This document shows positions 1-9,505 of a stretch of 20,000 nt of DNA, one piece after another. The stretch lies in the NCBI GenBank assembly GCA_026025075.1, contig JAPEUI010000086.1:53275-73274 (forward strand), in the 5' to 3' direction. The position numbers were made by a program, and so were the translations under genes. This DNA is from Vezdaea acicularis (taxonomy: Eukaryota). Position 1 is the first letter of the stretch. Each line of letters starts with the position of its first letter. Below the pieces are notes generated by a model that saw only the letters and a list, made by a program, of their open reading frames with translations, did no database searches and had not been told where the DNA came from.

Positions 1-574
1 TTCCAGCTGCTGGTGGTCTAGAACGCCTTGGGCCCGAACCGCGGAGATGCGGCAAAGGCTCAGACGCAGATCATGTCGAGCCCTTCTGATTGGTCTGGAG
101 CCGCTCGGCTGCCACGCTCGGCTCTCTCGCATCGACCATTGCGCTGGGTGCGGGACCCGACGTTTCGTTAGACTACTCCCTGTAGCAGCATCGACGGCGC
201 ACGTCCTATGCCCACTTGGGCTTATTCGCCGTCGGAGTTTGGCCGAGGAGAGCAAGTGCATAGCAGATAACGTGAAAGATTTGTCGCTAGGGATGACGAG
301 CATGAATGGATATAGCCTTCGCTAGTGGAGGAGTGGAGGATTGGTCACGAGGGTAGGGGAGTAAGGGATCGGGAGCTGATGACGGGAGCGGATGACAGTC
401 GTCGAGATGCTGGTGGGATGATGTGGATCTTGTGGATAAGAGGCAGGCGGAGCCTTAGGAGTTCAGGTATGCGTCATGCACCTACCTGTCTATATGTTAT
501 AGAAAGAGATTGACCTCCTCTCCGAAATCCAGCTCCAACTCCTACTTCTGCCAGATGACAAGCCAGCAAGCAAG

Positions 575-1571
575 ATGTCATTCTCTGCTCTCCCCTCGGA
601 GCTCCAGCGCGAATGTCTCAGCTATCTCCCTTTAACCTCCCTCCTAACCTTCTCTCTCACCTCCCACGCTTCCTACGTTCTTGCCCTCTCCGCCCTAACG
701 ACCTTGCACATCGGCATATACCACACGCGCGTCTCTGCGCTCATAAGCAGCATGTCCCTCTCTGAGATCAGCAGCACACACCCGCAATCTGCGCATATCC
801 CCCTTCTTCTGCCCAAGCGCGAAACAAAAGACAAGCATACAATCATTCGGCGCCAGAACGTCCGCATCGCTGCCATCCTATCCACCTATCTCGCCTCGCT
901 GCGCGACCTCGAGCTTTCCATATGGGACCTCGAACAGCCCCTTGCGGCGCTACTGGGCCGCATGCAGAACCTAAAGCATCTGAGTCTGCGCCTGGACCAT
1001 CCGCACACGCGTCACGCGCGGTTAGAGCGGCACTTTTGGAGTAGCGCAGCACCGAGTACTGTCTGGAACGAGCTCGCAACACGCGCAGATGGAACTAAGG
1101 TCTTTGGCCGCCTCGAAAGCCTCAATCTTGAGCGGAGCGGGATCACGGATTTTCAGCTAAGCCGCATTATCGAGCAGAACCCGCGGCTGCGGGAGATACG
1201 CTTGCAGAAATGCCTTACGCTCACGGAAGAATTTTGGGAGTATCTGGCATGCAGCCGTGTGGCGACGAGCCTGGAGAGGCTGGCGTTCACGAGGAGTGGT
1301 GCGCCGGGGATTGATGATGGGGTGCTAGACTACGTTGGGGCGTTGAAGGGGCTGAAGGTGAGTCTATCCCCTATTATTCTTGATGCTGGACAGTGTAGGG
1401 CTAACAATGCAATAGTACCTGAGTCTACATCAATGCCATAACATCGATAACGAGCTGGTCAGAAAGCGCAATGAGACGGAATGGGGTATTGCGGAGGTGG
1501 TGCTACCGCATTCGCTAGATTCGCCCAGTGGAGACAATGGCTGTATTGAGGTGGACCCCCAATGGAAGTGA
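575..1571 (+). CDS. F-box domain / leucine-rich-repeat (RNI-like) protein, 2 exons, ~312 aa
   Basis: Exons 575-1357 and 1416-1571. Intron 1358-1415 is phase 0 (GTGAGT donor, GCTAAC branch at ~1400, TAG acceptor). The N-terminus FSALPSELQRECLSYLPLTSLLTFSLTS fits the F-box consensus (LP.E....I..YL....L). LRR-like segments: LRDLELS, LKHLSLR, LESLNLERSGITD, LREIRLQKC, LERLAF. Splicing adds a further one, LKYLSLHQCHNID, and the protein ends IEVDPQWK*. Confidence 0.85.
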
Positions 1572-2993
1572 TTTTTGACGTGAATGATTCTCCTATTACA
1601 CATTCCAGGTGGCTCAGGAAAGCATCGTGGAGTCCGGTGCAGGGAAAAGAGGCGTTTCAGGCTAGGTGTCGCAGGTCTTCATGCATTGTATTGTACTCGA
1701 ATTGGCAGTATTCGGCAAGTTTGGGAGGCCGCATTTTGTAAAGGAGATTGCCATCGTCCACTGGATCTTTTGACAAGAAGTAGGGCGAATGCTCAGCTTG
1801 GAGCCCGAGGCGGAACAGGGAGTGTTTCAGGCGTGGTAGGAGGCTCGAAGTGGTCCCGAAATCGGCATCTTCTGGAAGGTACATTAGAGCTACATTAGGA
1901 CCGTAGATCCCTTGTAGAATGTCAATGTATTCTATTACACTAATGACTGAACAGCTTGTCTTTCTCAAGGTCTGCGTGCCCTTCAGCTACGTTTCCCTTA
2001 AGGCCTTTCCAATTCCGCACGACTGAATCGGCATCAACAGCATGTCAGAGACTTCCCAGGGCCCTCAATACCCAGCATATTCGCCCGAAAAGTGGAGAAA
2101 TAAATCTAGACTATTGTCGTTATATTATGAAACACATCACCAAGCTCCCCTGAACACCCTGCATATTCCACTAAGTGCTAGTTGCGAAGTGCACCCACAC
2201 TCTCGGGTCCTCGCTTAAATCTCAGGGGCAGATATCGTGACCTACAACACACCCGCACCCATGCACCTCTCAAGGGCCTTGTACCACCATTGAAATGCTG
2301 AATTTCTCTGCTGAGTCTTGTATTATCGTACTAGACCTACTTCCTCTTCCGATGAAATTCGTATGACAAAATTTCTGGCGATCGTTCTGTAAGGCACTGC
2401 GAGCATATGCACTTTGAAGGGGTGTGTCAATAGCTTCATTCTTGGCGGTTTGCTTTACCATGTGAAAATTGCACCTGAAACACATTCTACAGAGCTCCGT
2501 ACAGAGCATCCTATTGTCGCTGCTCGCTAAGACCATTGATGGTGAAGAACTCAGGGTCAAGAGCATCTTCTTCAAGTTTCATGCTATTGTCGCCCATACT
2601 GTCGGTACTCAACCTGTAGGCGTTTGCATTGCGCAAGTCATCGCAGAGAAATCTTATTGTCTACCGCCTGTTGCAGCGAGCCCCTTGGTTACAAGCTATT
2701 GTCCATTGCGATTGAGGAGTTTCATGATCATGAAGCTATTCTCTGTGATGGAAGGTCAGTCTATTGATCAAGAAGCTATTGTTGGATTTGAGGATATAAG
2801 GCCGCTTCCCACCCCATCTGAGGTCTTTCATCTCCATCGTCCTTACATATTTCGTCTTCGCTACCTTTCGTCTCTTCTCATTGATCGAGAACTTTACCAT
2901 CTTCCTTCTTCCTTTTACGGTCATCTGCTTTGGTTTCCGAGAGCCGGAATTTCATACATCAAAACTACCCTTCCTGATTATACCGAGAAAAGC

Positions 2994-4782
2994 ATGTCTT
3001 CCTCTTCTTCTTCGTTTTCCGTGGACTATTCCACAGTCCTGCCTGAGTCCCGCTGGAATCAGCTGGCACGGACGACGCTGGAGGGGTTTGCGTGGTTTAA
3101 AGAGATGGTGATGACTTTGGCGGAGAGCAGTGCGCAGGTAAGTTTCCAATACAATTTGCATTACTCAAGAACTAACAAACGATTTAGGTCGCAACTGGGG
3201 GGAAGAGCCGGCCAGGAAAGCCGACCAAAGAGAGTCTCATTGCGGAGGCAGAGCGTCTGGCGCTCTTCCGAGAACAGCAAGCTCGAGATCTCAGAGAGGT
3301 CGCGGGCTTGTTAAAGGGGAAAGGGGCGCCTAAGAGGAAACTTGACGTCAACCAGTTCCTCAATGAGCTGTGCGACAGCGAGTTACAAGATGACGATCTG
3401 TTTGTCATCCAGCTACTCGAGCCTGTCGCGGCAGAGAGTCCCGACGCTCTTCTGTCAGCTGGGGAGGAGCAGGAGGAGGAGCAAGAGGAGGAGCAAGAGG
3501 AGGAAGAAGAGGTGCAGGCACCTGAAGAAGATGAGAACGAGGAAGCCAGATCCTCCGAAGAAGATAACGACGATGAAAAGGACGGAGACTATGACTACAA
3601 CGAGGCCTTCAAGCCTGTGAAAAAGAGGGCGACGACAAGATCCACCACCAAGGTAAGTGATTCTATAGAGGATTCCTTACTTTTATACACATACTAACTG
3701 ACGTCGAAGAAGGCTAGCAAGAGAAAGCATGACGGTGGAGAAGAGCAAGACGTTGCGCAGGCTGGTCCTGCATCAAAGCGCGTCAAGTTGACTCAGAAAG
3801 GCAAAGGGAAGCGGAAGGCCGTCGATCAGGACGATACCGAGTCCGAAGCCGAGCCTCCCTCGAAGCGGGCCAAAGTAGTCCCAGAGCCTGACCCAGAGCC
3901 TGAATCGGAGCCTGAGTCGGAGCCTGAGTCGGAGCCTGAACTAGAGTCTGAAGTAGACCTTGATTCAGAGCCTGAATCAGAGTCCGAGAGAGAGCCTAAT
4001 CCAGAGCCTGAAACAGAGGCTATCCAAGACCCTCCTCCGGTGAGTTTTCCCATTTGGACGTATGTAAGAGGAAATGCTGACTAGCTTAGACCAAGTCCGA
4101 GAATGGTCAGCGATGGAGCCCTAGAGAGCTCGAAATAGTTACCCGCGAATTCAAGAAGATCGTGGAGGGCGTTACTCGCGACTCGAACGGCGACCGAGTC
4201 TGGGGGGAACGTCGCTGGGACTTGCTCGTGAAGATCATCCGAGCACCCCCTCATAATCTTGATCGCTCCGTCGGCGCAATCAGAGGAGTCTGGCACCGAG
4301 GACTCAGAGAAAAGTCGGGCTTTGACGAGCGCACCTATACGCCGGCCTTCCCAAACGGCGGAGCTAAAACAGGGCGCAAGGGATCAGGACGAAGGGCAGC
4401 TATGCCCAAAGAGGAGGAGGAGAAAGCAGAAGAAGCCTTGGTGGACACCAAGGAGGCCGCCAAGGAGGCCGCCAAAGATCCTGAGTTGGGGCTTCGGGGC
4501 TTCGAAGATGGAGACACCTTGGTCGAAGAGGACTCGGTGCCTCAGGGCTTTCAAGATGAAAGTACTTTGGTTGAAGAAGACCAGGGGTTGCAAGTCTTTG
4601 AAGACGGAAATAACCTGATCGGAGAAGACCCGGGGTTGCAGAGCTTTGACGACGGGAATAACTTGATCGGAGAAGACTTCGGCTATATGGCCTTCGGAGA
4701 CGAAAGAAACTTTGTTGAAGAAAATTTCGGGATCGTTGGAGATCCTCCGATGTTTGTCAGACCTGGAGAGTATACCTTCTAG
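2994..4782 (+). CDS. Acidic, low-complexity, probably nuclear protein with a Myb/SANT-like domain and C-terminal 16-aa repeats, 4 exons, ~543 aa
   Basis: Exons 2994-3137, 3188-3652, 3710 (or 3713)-4039 and 4090-4782. Introns are all phase 0: 3138-3187 (GTAAGT..ACTAAC..TAG), 3653-3709 (GTAAGT..ACTAAC..AAG), 4040-4089 (GTGAGT..GCTGAC..TAG). They join four ORFs of the track into one frame. Exon 4 opens with QRWSPRELEIV...ERRWDLLVKII...DRSVGAIRGVWHRGLREKSGFDER (three spaced Trp, Myb/SANT-like). The start codon is uncertain because the frame is open back to 2469. Confidence 0.75.
3464..3511 (+). repeat. 12-bp tandem repeat (GAGGAGCARGAG) encoding an EEQE/poly-Glu tract
   Basis: gaggagcaggaggaggagcaagaggaggagcaagaggaggaagaagag translates to EEQEEEQEEEQEEEEE in exon 2. 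Confidence 0.85.
3881..4018 (+). repeat. Degenerate 12-bp tandem repeat (GAGCCTGARTCR) encoding EPES/PE-rich low-complexity sequence
   Basis: ...gagcctgaatcg gagcctgagtcg gagcctgagtcg gagcctgaacta... translates to PEPDPEPESEPESEPESEPELESEVDLDSEPESESEREPNPEPETE in exon 3. Confidence 0.9.
4483..4722 (+). repeat. Five diverged 48-bp (16-aa) tandem repeats in coding sequence
   Basis: ELGLRGFEDGDTLVEE / DSVPQGFQDESTLVEE / DQGLQVFEDGNNLIGE / DPGLQSFDDGNNLIGE / DFGYMAFGDERNFVEE. Units 3 and 4 are near-identical at the DNA level (gaccaggggttgcaagtctttgaagacggaaataacctgatcggagaa vs gacccggggttgcagagctttgacgacgggaataacttgatcggagaa). Confidence 0.9.
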
Positions 4783-5156
4783 GGATTGGGGGAAAAGATA
4801 GTGACGAGGAAACTCAAATAAGGGGGAATTGTAATGGAACAGTCTGGACTAGTTATTTAGACAAAGAGGAATTGGCTGGTACCAGTTGCCACCGTGGGCG
4901 TTGTTGCTGTACCATATCGATAGAAAATTTAATTTATTCATTATACTAATCGCTCCTTCACCTCGATTACTTGCGCTGATAGCTTCTGCCTCTCATGTGC
5001 CTGAGCTCTCGGTAAGTGGACCAATCATGAATAGCCCTCGTCTCTTCTTGACCGTGCTCTGATTCTCCCATCACTTTTACTCCACATTCACCTCTCGACT
5101 TCCTTAAACTCATTTCACTATTCACATGGTAACATCAATAGTATATCCTCTCGGCC

Positions 5157-6847
5157 ATGGAGGTGTCCAATGTTACTCCCTTTCCTACCTCCGAACTGTT
5201 TACCTCAGCTCTTGATGCCAGCCGTGCCCAGCATCCTACGACCATGGACGACGATATGGAGATCGATGTGGATGTGGACATGGGCGTCGAAGAGCAAGCT
5301 GTTATCTTGGATATGAACTCAGCGGGACTGGTGAATTAAAAGATTCTCTATCTTACGTGTTGCTTTTGGAATACCTTCAGACTAACATTTACTTTTGTCT
5401 ATAGAACTCATTAGAATCGAAGCTTGAAGAGACCCCAAATCAGAATCTTCGCGCATCTTCAACGGTATCATCTACAGATTCAAACCAGCTGGTACCAAAC
5501 AAGGTACATATAAGGGGCCTGGACCTTCTCTCTACTAGCGATATAAAGGCCTTCGCGAAGGAGCACTTTCCTGATTATGAGCTGCAAAGGGTGGAATGGG
5601 TCGACGATACGGCCGCTAATATAGTCTACGATTCGCACGAAGTAGCTGTGCTGGCGCTCACAGCGCTCTCAGCTGGGACAACAGAAGAAAAGGACTCACT
5701 TTCAACACTACAATTGCGCCAAGCGAAGGGGTTTTCGACACATCCAGACACACATCTGGAGGTTCGTATGGCAGTCCATAGTGATAGAAAACAGCCTGGA
5801 GCTCGGGAGCGCTCAAGATACTACCTCTTTAACCCTGATCAAGCCCCTGTGGAGCGCCGGAAGCGAGAGAGAAGGCGATACAGATACGACGACCAATCTG
5901 GTGACTACAGACGCAATCGATACGATGCTGCAGAGCACCAACGCCGGCGAAATAAGGATGAAGAATCTGGGTTCGATGCAAGTCTTTACGATGACGATGA
6001 TGCAGCAGTAGCTGCACGGGTAGCTAGACAGCTCGAGAGAAATCCTTCGCGCTCAAGCTTTTCATCAGGTGATAGTCGCCTGCGGAACTCAGACCGCCAT
6101 GTCCGTTTCCAAGCTAAAGCAGAGTTGTTTCCGGATAAGCTTCGAACCAATGGTCGGGGTCGACTTCGGGACCGTAGCGCATCGCCAGCGCGAGATCGAG
6201 ATGGCGATGCTGATATGGATCACGATATTGGTAATAGGCGTACACATCGGGAAAGAAGCTACACACCTCCACCCCCATATGAGGAACGCAATTCTTTGAA
6301 AGAGCTTTTCCCGTCAAAGGCTCCAGAGTCTGCACCCGATCCATACGGTTTCTCGTCGGCGAGCAAAGCCAATGAGCTTTTTCCTAGCAAACTTGGTCCA
6401 ACAAATCACCGAAGAGCTGATGCTTTCGATGCCGCCGACGAAACTGCTGATCTCTTCGCTGGCCGTATGACTGTCCCCTTTCTGGATGGTGCCTCCGAAG
6501 CGAGGTTATCTTCCAACAGAAGAACTGGTGGCATCAGCATAACACGTTCGCAGGACATTGAAGATCGCACGAGTTTCCCACAAGTGGCGGAAGCTGATAC
6601 CCAAGGGAACTCGGGACCGAGAAGCTTCAGCATACGCGGTACTGATGGTAGTCGGGAGGGTCAAGGCTTTAAGATCCGTGGCCTCGCAAAGGACGATACG
6701 GTGGATTCCAAAACCAATGATCTATTCCCAACCAAAGCAGGCGTAAAGGAGTTATTCCCTACAAAGCTGAATTCAACCAAGGAACTATTCAGCGAGAAGC
6801 TTGAAGGAAGGGGTGGGCGGCGGAGGAGAGCGGAAGACCATTTTTGA
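5157..6847 (+). CDS. NCBP3: Nuclear cap-binding protein subunit 3 family (DUF2414) protein, 2 exons, ~538 aa
   Basis: Exons 5157 (alternative ATG 5244)-5330 and 5405-6847. Intron 5331-5404 is phase 0 (GTGAAT..ACTAAC..TAG). Exon 2 encodes the RRM-like NCBP3 signature PNKVHIRGLDLLSTSDIKAF...RVEWVDDTAANIVY, followed by LEVRMAVHSDRKQPGARERSRYYL and an Arg/Asp-rich disordered tail ending GRRRRAEDHF. Confidence 0.88.
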
Positions 6848-7370
6848 TTACTCAAAGGTACCATACATCTCAAAATCAAGGCCTGAAGGACTCAGACTCT
6901 AGTGGAGGATGTGGTACAGCACAAAACTACCCACGGAGTTGCAACGCTCAAGCGTTCAGGCTTTGTCAATACTCCAAACCTTCTCTTTCTTTGGGTGATG
7001 ATCTTTGTATGCATAGCGAGGACTGAGCAAGGGTATATCGATACAAACTACTATTTATGGCTTTGGCGATTGAAATGATCAGCATTGGGACTTCAGAAGG
7101 CGCTCGAGGGCATTCACAAGTAGATATCGGCAACGATTTATATAATGCACAAAAGCTTACTTTTCCATTGCGCTAATTTCCTCTACATTCTGCTCTACTC
7201 TGAGAATATCTAAGTTGTGAACCTTGATGTTGACGTAATTGTCTTTATCGATAACAATCAAGCGACCTGATATTTGACTTCGGCATATCAACAAGGGGAT
7301 GAATTGACGAGATCACGGCCAGAACCCGTAGATAGCAATAGATCTAGTCTGTACCACGCAGGGAAGCACA

Positions 7371-8880
7371 ATGTCGGCCTTGGATTCTGCCGCAATACTG
7401 GTTGCCAGGTTCCTGCAAGCCAATCATTACAATGAGGTATGAGGGCCGAGCTTCTTTTAAACACCTGGACTAATTAACCCAAGATGTCTGCCAGACCCTT
7501 GACGCTTTCCTCGTCGAGGCCGGACTGCCGCCCGATGCAGGGTTGGTTCGGCCTGGAGATCTCACGATTGAGAAGATACTGGATGAGAAAAGGGTCTTTG
7601 ACATGAGCGTGCAATTCGAAAAGGTAAGGTTTGACAACGACATCGACAAGCCGTGGAAGACACCGGGTAAGCCCAGTCAGGCGTAATAAAATGAGCATTA
7701 TTTCTGAACTATTGCAGTTCCAGCAGTTCCAACTATTACGAGCTCGATCTCTTTACCTGCCAACTTCCTTCATGTCTCCATTGAATTGATTGATAGGTTC
7801 AACGGTGCCAGCAACCTAAATACTCATTACCTCCTGGCAACAACCGCAGACCGATGCTTGCACGTCCTCAGAGCCACCAAAGGTTATGCTCGTGAATGGT
7901 CATTCACGAACTTGCATGACTCACCTATCCTGGCATGCGCTGTGATCAAAAGTCGGTATCTGGTCAGCAGCTGCATGTCTGGCGAGCTCACGCTCACTGA
8001 TTTGTGGGACACCCATGTCATTGCAACCCGCCGCGACCACTCTAAATACGTGGTGAAGATTGCATTATGGGAAGCAAGTGGGGGAGCATGGATTGCGAGC
8101 GCGGGATGGGATAACAAGATATTCATCTACTGGACATCTCTCAGCGACAACGCTCTTAGCCTCAACGCTCCAAGATCAGTGATCACGCTACCCTCGAACC
8201 CTGAAACAGTCCTCTTCATACCCGACCCAAACGAACGGGTGATTGAATCGACTCCTTTTTTACTTGTCTCACGACGCGACTCGACGAAGTTATACTACTA
8301 TAGCCTTCCTCCTACTCAAGGCCTCCCTCATTCCGAACCAACCGAGCTTCCCCTCCTCGGGACACAAAACCTCTCTCCCCAATCCAACGCCTGGCTCGCT
8401 TTCTCTCCCTCCAGTATCGCCCTGTCGCCCCAAAATCCCTCTCTCCTCGCCATCGTCACCTCGAGTACGCCCACGCAAAAGCTGCTCTTCGTGCGAATCC
8501 TCCCCCCCGCTTCCCCAACGCCCGCAACTACTTCCCTAACCCGCGCTCAGCAGACGGCGCTGGAGAACCGTCGCGAGGACGCGGAACTTGCGGCGATCCT
8601 CTCGCACACCTCGACGGGTGCGACACAGACCAATTGGTCGACGCCGCAGGTGTGCTGGCGCCCGGATGGGAGCGGCGTATGGGTCAATGGGGATGATGGC
8701 GTGGTGAGGGGTGTGGAACTTAGGAGTGGGCGCGTGGTGGAGTACTTAAGGGGTGGGCATGAGCCGGGGGCGAAGGTAAGGGGGATATGGAGTGGATGGG
8801 TTGACGGGTGGGAGTGGGTCGTTAGCGGAGGATTTGACAAGAGGTTGGTTGTTTGGAAGTGTGAGGAAGACGTAAGCTAG
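7371..8880 (+). CDS. LisH-motif + WD40-repeat protein, 3 exons, ~466 aa
   Basis: Exons 7371-7436, 7495-7666 and 7718-8880. Introns: 7437-7494 (GTATGA..ACTAAT..CAG, phase 0) and 7667-7717 (GTAAGC..CAG, phase 1). The spliced N-terminus ILVARFLQANHYNE|TLDAFLVEAG fits LisH (L...L...Y..T...F..EA). WD40-like units: HDSPILAC, DHSKYVVKI...IASAGWDNKIFIY, VCWRPDGSGVWVNGDDGVVRG, GHEPGAKVR...VVSGGFDKRLVVW. Confidence 0.88.
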
Positions 8881-9505
8881 AGTGTAGGGTACCATCGGAG
8901 ATGTGTATATTTACTGTAGTTAAGGCTTGTTTTACGCATCACATCATATCATCAGATGAACAGAGCATGCGTTGGAAGAAGATTCGACCAAATCCCATTG
9001 CTCCCTAACGGAGTACCCACATTCACTCCCCCATCACCCAATGGGCGATGCCTTGCAGCAGCAAAGCGGTATACGTGCCTGATTGGAGGAACACACAGAG
9101 ATTCAAACATGATCGAAATATGGGGCACACAGGAAAGGAAACAGCCGGCGCAGTATCGCAAGAACCCCCTCAAGTGAGACAATCAAGGAAAAGATGGATT
9201 CCAAATCTCGCAACCCTCTCCTCCCGCAGTGATCATTTCTGCTACAGATGAACTCGGCCACGACGTGTCGGTCTTTATTCTAGGCAAAGGAAGTTTGTGC
9301 GAAGGTACTCATACGCCACCCGCCTGTGCCCGAATGGTGTCCAAAGGTGATCCCATATGCGTGTGAAAACGATTGGTGCTTGCGTGAATGTGTGAGTATG
9401 GAAGGAAAGAGATTGAGGTGTGGAGTGGAGGGGCGGTGTCAAAAAGGATTTGGAAGTGGATTGTTTTTATGTTGGGACGAAGTGAATAGGCCTTGACAGC
9501 AAGTC

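Noticed and set aside
1..303. Minus-strand frame open from ATG 303 to the window edge (MLVIPSDKSFTLSAMHLL..., 101 codons), and plus ORFs 47-325 and 325-513
   Set aside because: No recognisable motif, and the composition is Arg/Ser-rich like non-coding GC-rich DNA. It may be the 5' region of a gene outside the window, but that cannot be supported here.
1358..1441. C-terminal tail of the 288-aa ORF as given in the track (VSLSPIILDAGQ...)
   Set aside because: This is intron read-through. Splicing 1358-1415 gives a better LRR continuation.
3826..4053. Minus-strand Ser/Asp/Gly-repeat ORF resembling an SD-repeat adhesin
   Set aside because: It is the antisense shadow of the EPES repeat in exon 3 of the plus-strand gene.
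4483..4722. 48-bp periodic repeats considered as a CRISPR-like or mobile-element array
   Set aside because: There is no repeat-spacer alternation. The units are contiguous, in frame and diverge like coding sequence in a eukaryotic gene.
7624..7629. Strong-looking alternative donor AAG|GTAAGG in WD40 exon 2
   Set aside because: It is phase 0, whereas the available acceptors (7717, 7723, 7726) need phase 1. Use would shift the frame, so the 7667 donor was preferred.
8952..9251. Short overlapping ORFs between the convergent WD40 and CCR4 3' ends
   Set aside because: They are under 80 aa, have no motifs, and lie where both 3'-UTRs are expected.
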